Notes: generated from the sequence alone by a model not told the origin. Positions 1 through 10,203 are shown, numbered from the stretch's first letter. The stretch is DNA of 64,000 bases from Deltaproteobacteria bacterium (GCA_016210005.1 JACQVA010000158.1:75180-139179); one strand, 5' to 3'. Numbers and translations are program-made.

Positions 1-1320
1 CGTTTGCACGGCCGCGTCGACGTGACCGGCCAGTTCGATGCTGAGATGAAGATTCACGCGGTCATTCTCGGCACGCTTGTCGGGTTCACTGTGCGGTTCG
101 AGGCACACGGCATAGGTGACACGCGTGTTGGGCGTGTTGCCCAGAGCTGCCATGATGTCGGCGAAGCTCGTGCCACTCGGATCGTGCGTCTGGAATTCCG
201 CCACACAAACCTCGTCGAGATGCTTCTGTCGGCTCTTGAACTCCGTCCAATTGGACGGATCGTGGTCGACGATCGTGATGCGCGGCAAGATGTTCTCACC
301 GACCTCGTTGGCGAAGTGGCAAAGGCGCGCGGCTTGGAGCATGAGCGCACGGCCCATGAGACCGAAGCCGATCACGACCAGGTGTACGATTGTGTCATCG
401 TGCTCACGAACCGGCTCGGTGTCGAGGCCGTCTCGCACATCCAACGCATGGTGGTTGAGCGCCAGACGCGCCGCGGTGGCGTGGTAGTCGAGATCGCTGA
501 GATTCACCCGATAGCGCGGCGCCGAATCATCGCGCGGAGCGAGGTGGGTCCCAGTCGGGATGAGTTTGCTGCCTAACAGCACATCACGCGTCTTCGGGTT
601 CCGAATCAGGAGCCGCACGAGCAGGGGATCGAGGCTCGCCGGCCGCCGGGCAAGCAACTGCCCGGCCAGCGCGGCGATGGCAGTGTTGGTATGATCGTCG
701 GCGCAAGCAGCCACGAGGCATTCCGCGCCGGCCACACGAGCGCGCCGCAGCGTCGACTCCTCGCACGCGTTGCCTTCCAGCACCAAGACGCCGCCCCTCC
801 GTGCTTGCTCAAGCACCGAGGCATTGCCGCTCTTCTCGATGGCGACCACGAAGCGGCCGCGACGCCGTCCGTCCAACGCCAGGCGCGGGCCGAGGTCGCC
901 AAGGCCACAAATCACCACGTGGTCGTCCCACCAGCGCAATCGCCGGCCGAGGTCGCCAAGACCGCAAAGCACCACGTAGGCCCGCCACCAGCGCAGACGC
1001 AGCCGCACGAGGAGCCACTCCTGGCGAAAGAAGCCGAGGAAGGCCAAGAAGCCCGCGAGAAACACGACGACCACACTGAGCGCGCGCGCAGCATGCAACT
1101 CGGGCGGCACAGCGTGATCGAGATGGGGCGCGTGAAGGATCAGCAACTGCAGCGCGTGATAGGTCGCCGAGGCGAAATCCGCGTGGCCATCGTTCTGGGC
1201 CTGCTCGTAGCGCGCGTGTCCGAGAAACCCGAGCCCCAGCACTCCGAGCGTGCCGAGCGTGATGACCCAAAACATCCAGCCGTGCCGCCAGTCGTTGTTG
1301 CCGGACGATCCGTGCTCCAT
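1..1320 (-). CDS. Membrane protein with two TrkA-N/RCK NAD-binding domains (K+ transport/channel-associated); partial, C-terminus beyond window start
   Basis: Manual reverse-complement translation gives an uninterrupted frame from ATG at 1320 to position 1 (MEHGSSGNNDWRHGWMFWVITLGTLGVLGLGFLG...). Two TM helices, then two Rossmann motifs VVICGLGDLGRRL and VVIGFGLMGRAL with downstream acidic residues typical of TrkA-N. Not in ORF track because it runs off the edge. Confidence 0.6.
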   Translation of the reverse strand, partial: MEHGSSGNNDWRHGWMFWVITLGTLGVLGLGFLGHARYEQAQNDGHADFASATYHALQLLILHAPHLDHAVPPELHAARALSVVVVFLAGFLAFLGFFRQEWLLVRLRLRWWRAYVVLCGLGDLGRRLRWWDDHVVICGLGDLGPRLALDGRRRGRFVVAIEKSGNASVLEQARRGGVLVLEGNACEESTLRRARVAGAECLVAACADDHTNTAIAALAGQLLARRPASLDPLLVRLLIRNPKTRDVLLGSKLIPTGTHLAPRDDSAPRYRVNLSDLDYHATAARLALNHHALDVRDGLDTEPVREHDDTIVHLVVIGFGLMGRALMLQAARLCHFANEVGENILPRITIVDHDPSNWTEFKSRQKHLDEVCVAEFQTHDPSGTSFADIMAALGNTPNTRVTYAVCLEPHSEPDKRAENDRVNLHLSIELAGHVDAAVQT

Positions 1321-1387
1321 AGCTCCTCCGATCAGTGCAATCGGTGTCCATCCGTGTTCATCGGTGGTTTCATTCCCCGGGCCGACA

Positions 1388-1948
1388 TCAGAAACTCTCG
1401 AACGTCACCCTACCCTGCTGATGACCCAGCGACGTGGGTTCCGTCGTGCCGGGTTTACGATTGCCCGCGTGCACCCACGCGATCGGCAGGCCACGGCGGC
1501 GAGCATCGGTGACCACGCGGCCGGTACCGTTGTCGAGTTGTCCGTCCCACACCGCAATCAGCACGTCGCACTGATCGAGCACATAGCGGCCCACCGCGTC
1601 GTACGCGACGCGCCGCGACGGCGACGGCGGTAGTTCGATCACTCGCTCGGCTCGCTTCAGCAGCTCGTTGAACTCGCGCTTTGAAATCGCGTCCTCGAAG
1701 TCGTTGAGGTAGTCCGCCTTCGGGAGCGGTAGCGGCACGATGAGCTGCGCGTGGCGTCGCGCCAGCACGCGCTCCGCCACTAGCCGGTCCGCTCCTTCCG
1801 CCAACGGCGAGACGATGATCAGCGGTCGTTCAGCGAACGCGCGTTCGATCCGTTGCAACGCGGCGTCGATGCCGGCGTTGATCTTGTCCATCTCCGCCAG
1901 GATGCGATGGCCGGTGACGCCGATGCGGCAAGGCGGTGGTTTCATCAT
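1388..1948 (-). CDS. YpsA/DUF1273-like SLOG (DprA/LOG superfamily) Rossmann-fold nucleotide-binding protein
   Basis: ORF 1388..2014. Likely start MMKPPPCRIGVTGHR; motif layout TGHR...SPLAEGADRLVAE...DVLIAVWDG..GTG resembles the YpsA-type SLOG domain. Family assignment from memory of motif order, not a search. Confidence 0.45.
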   Translation of the reverse strand: MMKPPPCRIGVTGHRILAEMDKINAGIDAALQRIERAFAERPLIIVSPLAEGADRLVAERVLARRHAQLIVPLPLPKADYLNDFEDAISKREFNELLKRAERVIELPPSPSRRVAYDAVGRYVLDQCDVLIAVWDGQLDNGTGRVVTDARRRGLPIAWVHAGNRKPGTTEPTSLGHQQGRVTFESF

Positions 1949-2099
1949 CTCGATGCGCTCGACGTCGGCGTGCGATAGCTTTCGGCCAACTCCCTCCGTA
2001 ACACCCTGCTTCACTCAGATCCCTTCCGGCGGCTCGGGCTTCTTGGTGATCAGCCGCTTCCAGAACGGCAGCGCCTACCAGGCCGCGAACCGGCAATGC

Positions 2100-2543
2100 T
2101 CACCAGGCGCTCGGCGTCAAGACCTCGAGTGAGAACTGACGGTGGCGGCGCCGTATCAGGTTGAAGTCATCGCGATTGAAAGTGAACACCGTCGCCCCGA
2201 GGCGTCGGGCGCACAGCGCGATGAGGATGTCGTTGAGAAGTTGCTGTGTCTTTGCCTTCACATGCGGTTGCTTGCGGGTCATTCGCGCGATGAGCTTGCC
2301 GGCGTCGCTCCAATCCTCAAAGCTCGGCACAATCACGCGCCCGACCCTTCGCAGGGTCCCAATGTACCGGTCCACCAGACCCAGCGCGACCTTGTCCAAC
2401 GCGCCGGCGTACAGTTCCTCGGCAACGACCCCGGAAAGGTAGGTGTTGAAGAGCAGCGGAAAGAAGCGACGCTCAAACGCCTGACGCCCCGCGTCGGAAC
2501 GCATGGCCTCCAGATACACGTTGGTATCGAGAAGCCACTTCAC
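2100..2543 (-). CDS. vapC: PIN-domain ribonuclease toxin VapC
   Basis: N-terminal WLLDTNVYLEA (PIN acidic motif), 147 aa, overlaps the upstream antitoxin by 4 nt. Confidence 0.8.
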   Translation of the reverse strand: MKWLLDTNVYLEAMRSDAGRQAFERRFFPLLFNTYLSGVVAEELYAGALDKVALGLVDRYIGTLRRVGRVIVPSFEDWSDAGKLIARMTRKQPHVKAKTQQLLNDILIALCARRLGATVFTFNRDDFNLIRRRHRQFSLEVLTPSAW

Positions 2544-2746
2544 TCCGGCGCCCGCTCCAGATCGGCAAATCGCCCGCGCCCCTGTCGGATCAAGCGTCGC
2601 AGAGCGGTTGCTGTTTGGCGGTTGGCAATGGCTTCCTCGAGCGCGCAGCGAACCGTTTCCACATCGCTGGAGCTCTTCATCGCTCGGCGTGCTCGCTTGA
2701 GCAGCGTGTCCTCGATTTTCAACGCAGCATGCTTGTTCCGCGGCAT
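2540..2746 (-). CDS. vapB: VapB-like antitoxin of the VapC at 2100-2543
   Basis: Small ORF (start MPRNKHAALKIEDTLLKRARR) immediately upstream of and overlapping the PIN gene; alpha-helical/RHH-like. Confidence 0.5.
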   Translation of the reverse strand: MPRNKHAALKIEDTLLKRARRAMKSSSDVETVRCALEEAIANRQTATALRRLIRQGRGRFADLERAPE

Positions 2747-2962
2747 CGTCACACCTCTCGTACCGTCGCGATCGACGGGCGTGAGCAGTCTACTGCCTTT
2801 GAAACTCCAGCTCAATCGGCTCCGACGGTCCCCCCCCTGACACCCGACACCGGTCCTCTCTCAGTGCCCCAGCGGCGGCTCGGGCACATGCTAATCCCCG
2901 GCCCCGGGTGCGGGCTGTGGGCGGCCAGTTGTGGTATGAAAGTCATCAGCAGGAGGAGCCGC

Positions 2963-3211
2963 ATGACAGACCAGGCGCTGCTGGGACGCATTACGTTCAA
3001 CGCAGACATTTTCGGCGGGAAGCCGATCATTCGCGGGATGCGCATCTCGGTTGAACTGATTCTGAGTCTGCTGGCTCAGGGAGAGACGCCTGAAGCGCTC
3101 CTGGCCGACTACCCAGACCTCGAGTCGGCGGACATCCGTGCCTGCCTCGCGTATGCGCACGCCGTCATCGCACACGACTCCCTTGATGCGGTAGAGACGG
3201 CAAACAAGTGA
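2963..3211 (+). CDS. DUF433 family protein (putative antitoxin of the DUF433/DUF5615 pair)
   Basis: MTDQALLGRITFNADIFGGKPIIRGMRISVELIL... typical DUF433; RBS AGGAGG 7 nt upstream of ATG 2963; stop overlaps start of next gene. Confidence 0.6.
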   Translation: MTDQALLGRITFNADIFGGKPIIRGMRISVELILSLLAQGETPEALLADYPDLESADIRACLAYAHAVIAHDSLDAVETANK

Positions 3212-3558
3212 AGTTCCTCGTCGATCGCTGTGCCGGCCGCCGTCTGTCCGACTGGCTGCGTGCCGAAGGGTACGACGTTGTCGAGACCCGCGAGCGCGGC
3301 GGCGACCCTGGCGATGCCGCCATCCTGAACTGGGCCGCTGACGACGGCCGCGTACTCGTCACGATCGATACGGACTTCGGACGAATCGTCTTCGCCCAAG
3401 GCGCGCGCCACTGTGGTGTTGTGCGCTTACCCGACGTCCCTGCCGGCGTGCGCATCGCATTGATGGCGCAGGTGTTGAAGCGGCACTGGGGAGATTTGGA
3501 AGCCGAGGCGATCGTGACCGTGCGCGGCGGGAGAATCCGAATCTCCCGGTCTTCGTGA
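3208..3558 (+). CDS. DUF5615 (Mut7-C/PIN-like) putative toxin
   Basis: MKFLVDRCAGRRLSDWLRAEGYDVV... typical DUF5615; ATGA overlap with the DUF433 gene. Confidence 0.6.
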   Translation: MKFLVDRCAGRRLSDWLRAEGYDVVETRERGGDPGDAAILNWAADDGRVLVTIDTDFGRIVFAQGARHCGVVRLPDVPAGVRIALMAQVLKRHWGDLEAEAIVTVRGGRIRISRSS

Positions 3559-3719
3559 CGCCTCTGAAAGATTCTCAGATTGAACCTAACGGCCAACACG
3601 CTAACAGCGTAACAACCTGCCCCTCTCAGATTCCGCTCGGCGGCACCGGCCGCTTCGTGGTCCAGCGCCTCCACAGCGGCAGCTTGCGCCACTCGGCGAG
3701 CTTGCGTTGGTACTCGATG

Positions 3720-3825
3720 GCGCGGCGTCGATGCCCGCGGTGATCTCGTCCATCTCCGTCACGATGCGATGGCCGGTGACGCCGATGCGGCACGGTGGTG
3801 GCGGTGTGGGCTTATCGTTGGCCAT
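3720..3825 (-). pseudogene. N-terminal fragment (~35 codons) homologous to the SLOG gene at 1388-1948
   Basis: MANDKPTPPPPCRIGVTGHRIVTEMDEITAGIDAA then divergence. About 90 bp of nucleotide identity between 3722-3815 and 1858-1945. Confidence 0.45.
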
Positions 3826-3957
3826 CACGGAGCGCGGTGGGTCACGGCGTCTTGCCGCTCGCGAGCTTCCCGAGCACTCGGACGGTTGCGGAGCCTGCCG
3901 CACAAGTCCACGCGCGCGTTTACGTGCCTTGCTACAAAGAATCCACAGCCGCAACCA

Positions 3958-5808
3958 TCACTGAACGGTGGCAAGGTAGGCATCGGCTGTGCTCTTCACG
4001 TCCTTGTCGCTGGTCGTGTCCCGGACGCGGCGGACAGCTTCAATTACGGGGGCTGCTCTCATTTCTTTCACTGGCCCCTTGATCAGCGCATTTTGAATGT
4101 ACGGAGTCTCTTTGCGGAGAACATCGGCAACGTACGAAGCGCAGCGGTCCCCTTCGAGCGCGACGAGCGATGAGACCAACCCCAGCACTTGGTAATTGCC
4201 GACATAGCGAATTCGGTCGATCGCCTTCTTGATCACCTCACCGGCATCACGATCACCCCACTTTACCAAGAGATTGGCCACCCATTGGAACTCGGCCGGG
4301 TCGGCCATCTTGAGCTTCTCACGCAGTGCTGGAATCGCTTCGCGGAAATCAAGCTTCTCAAGAGCAGCGCCAAGGTTCGATCCGAAGGATCCCGTCACGC
4401 GCGTCTTCATGAGCTTCACCATCGCGTTTCCCACATCTGAACGCATGGTAGGCGGCGAGACTGTCGACAGCGCCCGGAGTAGCTCCGCGAGTTCGGTCTC
4501 TTCTACGGCAGGAAGCAGACCGATCATCGCACGCGTCGCCTCCTCTTGTACCCGCAAGGAATCGATCACACCTAGGAGAGGCGCAAGGCCTGCGGCAATC
4601 TGGCCCTGCCCACTTCCAAGCTTGAAACCGGATATCAGGCATCGCGCCTTGCGTTCCGGAGGGAGCGAACTTTCTCTGATCGCAGACAGCGCTTCCGCCC
4701 TTACCGCCTGGCTTGCCGCGCCAAGCCCCCGCTCACAGAGCGCATCGAGGATGGCCTTCAAAGTCGTCTCGTCATCCACCGCCCGCTGACTGATACGGAG
4801 CAAGGCGACGATCTTCCACGGCACGTCGTTTGCCGTCGGCTGTCTTAGCAATTCGATCAATGGGGGTATTTCTCGACCGTGCAGCTTCTCATTGAGCCCC
4901 GTCCAGACACCAGGCAGATTTTGGCTGCTCATGCTCCCACCATAGCCGGGCTGCGTAACCACCGCAGCCACAGCTTGTTCGACGGTTGCACGGTCACTCC
5001 TTAATGCCGGCTTCTGGGGCGTCCCTGAGTCTTCGCCCGCCGTGGGCGCTGTGGGAACGGTCGGCTCGCGCTCCTCCTGTGTAGGAGCTGGAGTCACCGT
5101 TACGGTGGGGCTCCTTGTCTCGGTCGCCGTGCCAGTAGGGCTTAGAGTGTGCGTCGGCGTATCCGCGGCAACCGGCGACGGAGTCACCAACGGCGGGGGG
5201 CCTGGACCACGGCCACCCCGCATCAGGTACGCGGCTGCTGCTACCAGGACCAACGCGGCAACCGCTACAAGTATCCACAACCACACTTTCGGTTGGTCTG
5301 GCGGTGGGGGCGGCGGGAATGACTCCCGGATGGCGGCGATGAGCCGATCGATATCAGTTTCGAAGTCGAGGCCGCCGCGAATCTCGATCGGGATGAGGTC
5401 TGCCAGCCTTCCCAGTTCCTCGGGAAGCTCCTCCTTATGCGGTCGCCTGCCCCCAGGTATGAGGACCGTGATGATGGGAATCTTCCGATCGAGTGCGCTT
5501 TGCAGTTCCCCACGCACGAAGTCCTCTGCGTCGGCCAGGCCCCGCTGGCGCTCCGGCCGCTCCGGGTCCTCTCCTTCGCGCCAGCCTGGACCGAAGATGC
5601 ATAGCAAGACGATGCTCTTTTCCAGGTTTTCGGCCATCCATTCCTGGAAGGTCTTCGGACCACCGCGCTGGTAGGTATCAATGGCAATCGACCAGTCCGG
5701 GAACGCGCGCGCTAGGCGATCCCGTATCCATTCCACGTGAGGCTGCGCTTGTTCATGGCGACGCCACGAGATGAAGACAGTCGGCTTAGTGTCGGTCTTG
5801 TTCGGCAT
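3958..5808 (-). CDS. TIR domain - single TM helix - Pro/Thr-rich linker - HEAT/PBS-lyase repeat protein
   Basis: ORF 3958..5874, probable start MPNKTDTKPTVFISWRR at 5808. N-terminal TIR-like fold (VFISWRR...SIVLLCIFGPGW...), TM WLWILVAVAALVLVAAAAYL, C-terminal HEAT-like repeats. Confidence 0.65.
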   Translation of the reverse strand: MPNKTDTKPTVFISWRRHEQAQPHVEWIRDRLARAFPDWSIAIDTYQRGGPKTFQEWMAENLEKSIVLLCIFGPGWREGEDPERPERQRGLADAEDFVRGELQSALDRKIPIITVLIPGGRRPHKEELPEELGRLADLIPIEIRGGLDFETDIDRLIAAIRESFPPPPPPDQPKVWLWILVAVAALVLVAAAAYLMRGGRGPGPPPLVTPSPVAADTPTHTLSPTGTATETRSPTVTVTPAPTQEEREPTVPTAPTAGEDSGTPQKPALRSDRATVEQAVAAVVTQPGYGGSMSSQNLPGVWTGLNEKLHGREIPPLIELLRQPTANDVPWKIVALLRISQRAVDDETTLKAILDALCERGLGAASQAVRAEALSAIRESSLPPERKARCLISGFKLGSGQGQIAAGLAPLLGVIDSLRVQEEATRAMIGLLPAVEETELAELLRALSTVSPPTMRSDVGNAMVKLMKTRVTGSFGSNLGAALEKLDFREAIPALREKLKMADPAEFQWVANLLVKWGDRDAGEVIKKAIDRIRYVGNYQVLGLVSSLVALEGDRCASYVADVLRKETPYIQNALIKGPVKEMRAAPVIEAVRRVRDTTSDKDVKSTADAYLATVQ

Positions 5809-6063
5809 ATCAGTTCGGCCTCGCTGCGCTTGGGCGGACTTTCCAGACCGCTTCACGACGGTATGCCATAGCACGCCTGTGGCGCTCTATTGCAACAGGG
5901 GCCGAAGTCGCGGCAGCCGAAAAATCTCGATCCGGCGGCTGTCCAGCCCGCGTGCGGAGTAGCGCCGATGCTGCTCTGTCAGCCGCTCGTAGAACGCGGT
6001 GACCCAGCCGCTCTCGTTGTCCGCCCGGGAGTAGGAGAGGAAGAGATGATGCATGGCTCAGCG

Positions 6064-9012
6064 CTACGGCTTGGCGGCGGATCGGCGCGGCTTGGTCGCG
6101 TGCGGATCGTCCGCTGCCGCGAATACGATCTTCTTTCCGGCCTCCTTGGCAAAATCCGGATAGTGGCGGATCGCATCGCGGTCCTTGTTCTTCTGCACTT
6201 CGGCAAGCTCCGCGAACGGCAGCAGGCAATCGTGACGCTTGTGGTCTTCGTCCTTCTTGGCCGCGTAGCGCCAGCCCTGTTGCAGATGCCACTGCATCCA
6301 ACGGTGGTGTTCGGCTTCCGCCAACAGCTCCAAGTGATATTCGAGATGCTGGCGCACGGCCGCTTCTTCGTCTGCCGCCCAGCGGCCGCTGGCAAGGCGC
6401 AACCCGACGATGTCGAGAATCTCGGGCATCCGCCCCGCCGCTTCGCGGTTCGACTCGATCAAGAACTTGCCGAGCCAAGGCGGCTTTCTTTCTTCCGGGT
6501 CCTTCTGCTTCTTGTTGTACTTCTCAATCGCCGCAGGCAGGTCCGCCATCTCAGCGTCCAGCCATGGCTTCAGCCACCCGCCCTTGCGGCCCAGTTCGCG
6601 CCAGACCCGATGAATCGCCGGGGCTACAGCCGCCACGTCGGCCTCGCTCATCGGCGGGACCGTCCGCGCGGGTTCGGCTCCGTCGCACTGGGCGAGAAAA
6701 CCGGTTGCGTGGGTTTGCATGTCGAGTTGACCGCGCGGGGGCAACAACGACCGCTGCAGGCGCCCCGGTCGCGCCGCCTGCAAGGGTTGCAGGATCTTGT
6801 CGAGCGATCGCGCGCCATGCCTGTACCTCTCGGCCCGCAAGAGCGCGCGGACCAGCGCCTCGTCGATGTCCAGCTTCTCGTCTCGCGCGCAGCCGAGCTT
6901 GGAACGAATCATCAGCGCGCGGCTGATAGGGAAGGTGAGGTCTTCGAGATCTTCCCTGAAAGAGTAGCCGGAGATGGTTTCAGTGATCTCGTTATTCCCG
7001 TTCGAAACTGCACGCTTTGATTTGCCGGCCTTCTTGTCGGGTGGCGCTACAACCATTCTGCGGTTCGGGCCGACGACGTCGAGATAGGCATCGAGACGGC
7101 TCCTGAAGTCTGGACCCTTGGCGAGGACAAACTCGCGATGAGCCTTGCGCTCGTCATCGAGCGCGTCCTGCGAAGGCGCCGGTGGGCCGAACGTCTCGAA
7201 CGTCAAGCTCGTCGCCCCCGCGAACACGAAGATGCACTTGCCGAGCGTATGCGTGAGTTGGCCTTGCTGAAACTTGCCGTCTTGCATCGGAGCCAGCAGG
7301 TACTGCAGCCACCGATAGTGCTGTGAGTCGAACTCGTCGAAGAACGCCACCGGCAACTGCTGCTGGAGCACGCGATCGCGGATCTGGTGGAACGCCCCGT
7401 TCAATTCGGCCAAGGTGTCGAACTGCGACAAGTTGAATTCCAGCCAGCGTTGCTTGCCCAGCAACGCCTCTGCCAGCTGCGACACCGCGAAGGACTTGCC
7501 GGAACCCGGCGGACCGAAGATTCCGATCGAGAGCGGGAGCTTGCCTTTGTCGTGATCGCGATAACGACAGATGAGTTGATCGAGCGTGCGCAAGGATTCG
7601 ATTTCGTCACGATGGACGGCGATCAGGTTACCGATGCCCACGTGCGGAACGTCGTAGAGGGCAATCGGTCCGTTCAGCAAGACCAGCCGGGCCAGCTCGT
7701 AGGCGGGCTGGTCATCCGTCCTTTGGCGGCAGCGCTGCGAGTCAACCAAGAGACTCCACGCCTGCGAAGGGCCCATGCCCGCCGATTTTGGTGACGCCGG
7801 CGCCGACTTCGGGGCGGAACCCGGAAACTCGGCCCGCGAGAAGCGATAGCCGGGATCCTTGATCACGGCCGCGAGCCGCTCCGCGGGAAAGCCCGCGCCC
7901 GGATGACTGACCGAGCCATGGCCCTTTTCGCGCAGATCGCGCATGGCCGACAGGCCTTGCTCCAACGCTGCAGCGAAGTCTGGGGTCTCGAGGTTACGCG
8001 TCATCTGCCACGCCACCGACGCAGCGAGGCAGGAGAGAAAGCCGAAGGCGGTCCCTTTGATCTGGCGCGCGTGCTCTCCCTCGATGGCCGCAGCGTCGTA
8101 CACGAACTGCACACGACACGCGTCGATCGCGTTGGCGGGTGTGGTCCGCTCACTGAAGTCGAGCCAGGCCGCTCCCTCCGATTCGAAGATGACGAGCAGG
8201 TGCCGGCAACGAGTGAGCGGCTGCAGGTCCGAACTTTCCCGCAACTCGCGCAGCAAGCTCTCGATGGTCGCTTCCCACGAAAGTCCGGCGCTGATTCGGG
8301 CGGCCGACTTCCGCAGCTCGCGCGCGGACACAATCACCACCAATCGCTTGGCGTGGTTCGCGACCAGATCGCGCCAGAGCTGACCCGACGCCACCGGGGC
8401 GGCGGTTTTGAGGACGATCCAGCGGGCTTCGCCGAGTTCCAGGTCCTTCCAGCAGTCGGGCTGCTCGCGAAACCCCATGCCGCCTTCCGAGAACACGATG
8501 ATCTTGGGTTGTTTGGGAAACCCCGCGGAGTGCCGCGCCGTGGGCCACACCGGCGAAGGGAGAGTGGCACCGGTTTCACCGAATCCCATCGCCTCGCTCA
8601 CGCGCCAGTACTGCTTGCCCTCCGGAGCGTCCTGCGGAAACGGCCGCCAGAACGCGTAGGCGTGGTGGCTGCTGTCGGCTTGTGCAGGTTCCTTGACAGA
8701 CTCATACGAGGCCCATCCGCCCGCTGGTGGCGGCGCCTGCTTCTTGCCGTCGGCCTGCTCCTTCTGCCCCAGGAGTTCCTTCAGCAAGCAGTGGACGACC
8801 CGCGCGCCCCCGACTTCGCGGACGTCATGCACGCCGCGGCTCAACGAATCGCCGTAATGCTTCCGGCGTCCTTCGTAGATGTGTCGATCGATCACGAAGT
8901 CGCCGCCGACCAGGATGCTCCCTTGGTCATCAGCGGCGCCCGCCCGGTCATTCCGGTGCGCACTGCCCTTGGCTTTGTTGGCTTGGTGAGGATACCGCTT
9001 GGTGCGACTCAT
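6064..9012 (-). CDS. Large AAA+ ATPase with unknown N-terminal region and two C-terminal RyR (ryanodine-receptor-type) domains
   Basis: 982-aa intact ORF. Walker A GIFGPPGSGKSF and Walker B VAFFDEFD. C-terminal AIHRVWRELGRKGGW...EILDIVGLRL and AEHHRWMQWHLQQGWRYA...KDRDAIRHYPDF match the bacterial RyR domain pattern. Confidence 0.7.
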   Translation of the reverse strand: MSRTKRYPHQANKAKGSAHRNDRAGAADDQGSILVGGDFVIDRHIYEGRRKHYGDSLSRGVHDVREVGGARVVHCLLKELLGQKEQADGKKQAPPPAGGWASYESVKEPAQADSSHHAYAFWRPFPQDAPEGKQYWRVSEAMGFGETGATLPSPVWPTARHSAGFPKQPKIIVFSEGGMGFREQPDCWKDLELGEARWIVLKTAAPVASGQLWRDLVANHAKRLVVIVSARELRKSAARISAGLSWEATIESLLRELRESSDLQPLTRCRHLLVIFESEGAAWLDFSERTTPANAIDACRVQFVYDAAAIEGEHARQIKGTAFGFLSCLAASVAWQMTRNLETPDFAAALEQGLSAMRDLREKGHGSVSHPGAGFPAERLAAVIKDPGYRFSRAEFPGSAPKSAPASPKSAGMGPSQAWSLLVDSQRCRQRTDDQPAYELARLVLLNGPIALYDVPHVGIGNLIAVHRDEIESLRTLDQLICRYRDHDKGKLPLSIGIFGPPGSGKSFAVSQLAEALLGKQRWLEFNLSQFDTLAELNGAFHQIRDRVLQQQLPVAFFDEFDSQHYRWLQYLLAPMQDGKFQQGQLTHTLGKCIFVFAGATSLTFETFGPPAPSQDALDDERKAHREFVLAKGPDFRSRLDAYLDVVGPNRRMVVAPPDKKAGKSKRAVSNGNNEITETISGYSFREDLEDLTFPISRALMIRSKLGCARDEKLDIDEALVRALLRAERYRHGARSLDKILQPLQAARPGRLQRSLLPPRGQLDMQTHATGFLAQCDGAEPARTVPPMSEADVAAVAPAIHRVWRELGRKGGWLKPWLDAEMADLPAAIEKYNKKQKDPEERKPPWLGKFLIESNREAAGRMPEILDIVGLRLASGRWAADEEAAVRQHLEYHLELLAEAEHHRWMQWHLQQGWRYAAKKDEDHKRHDCLLPFAELAEVQKNKDRDAIRHYPDFAKEAGKKIVFAAADDPHATKPRRSAAKP

Positions 9013-9428
9013 CCCGTCCTCGCTTGTCCGGCGGATTGGAATTGCCGCCGGTGGGACCGGTTGTTACTTCAGCCGACCGTCCGAACGCAAGCGCCGACGG
9101 CGACGTCACCTGCGTGCGGTGCCGCGCGACGCCGCAAGAGCGGTTCGTGAGCGGCCAGTCCGGGCCTGCGAGCGGATTGTCAGCGAGAACTCGGAGCGAC
9201 TTCCAAGGCCAAGGCAAACACCAGGGCGCGCTTGATGTCCATCAATGCCTGGCGCGGCAACTGGCCTAGCCGACGTTCGAGCCGCACGGTCGGGAGGGAA
9301 CCAACCCCTTGCACGTTCGCCGCCCCGTCGCGCCGGCCGTACGAGCGCAACACAGTGTAGCGGCTACAACACCCTCTGATCGGCGGCAAGCCACATCGGG
9401 AGCGGCGCTCACGATCGCGTGTTTGCCG

Positions 9429-9939
9429 TCAACGGACCCGGCTCGCGATGCGTTCGAAGTGCAGGCGCGCCAGTCGGTCGCTGTCGTCGAGCACTTCCAG
9501 CCCCTCCTTCCGCAGTTGCTCGGCCACCAGCACGCGGGGCTCGACGCGGACGGCATCGCAGCGTTCGAGGGCGCCGCCCACAAAGACGAACCGCCACTCG
9601 CACCACGGCCGGCGCTCGTCGACGTAGTCACCCCAGAGAGACTCACGGTCTCGCAGGTACAACACGGGCTGGCACTGATCGCAGAACGCGTACGCCGTGA
9701 CCTCGGCAGTCAGCGCGACGGGATCGGCGATTCGCCGCGCCGACAGCACGAGCTTGTCCCCCTCGGCGAGGTGGACCGTCTCGTCATCTCTCTCGGCCGG
9801 CCGGTAGAGGCGCGCGCGATGGACGACATATTCCGCCATCGTGCATTCCAGATCCTTGGTTTGCAGCGAGCGCAGCACATGTCCCGCGGCACACCACGGC
9901 GCATCGTCGCCGTGGAAACGGATGGTGTCGTACATGCCC
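9429..9939 (-). CDS. Hypothetical protein
   Basis: ORF with ordinary amino-acid composition (not Arg/Ala shadow-like), possible start MGMYDTIRFHGDD; no family recognised. Confidence 0.3.
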
Positions 9940-10203
9940 ATGTCGATCTCCGTTCGTGTGATCATCAATGTAGCGCGGCAGTGGCAGCGCGTGAACGGCG
10001 CATCCACAGGCGTCGGAATTCCGTTGCACGTCCTGCTGGTTGCCGGTTGGCGCTGCTTCGCGCTACACCGGCGCGCATGTGGAGGCGATTCTTTTCACGC
10101 GGCGGCCGGTGCGGTGGCGACACCCGCGAGTTCCGGGCGCCACGTGGTGATTGTCACGCCCGGACGTATCCTGAAGCTGCAACCGTGTCCGCTACCCGGG
10201 TCG

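Noticed and set aside
5890-7020. Long plus-strand ORFs (5890-7020, 7903-9150, 9309-10583, 691-1512) opposite real genes
   Set aside because: Arg/Ala/Pro-rich, low-complexity translations that completely overlap well-supported genes on the other strand; these are typical shadow ORFs of high-GC DNA.
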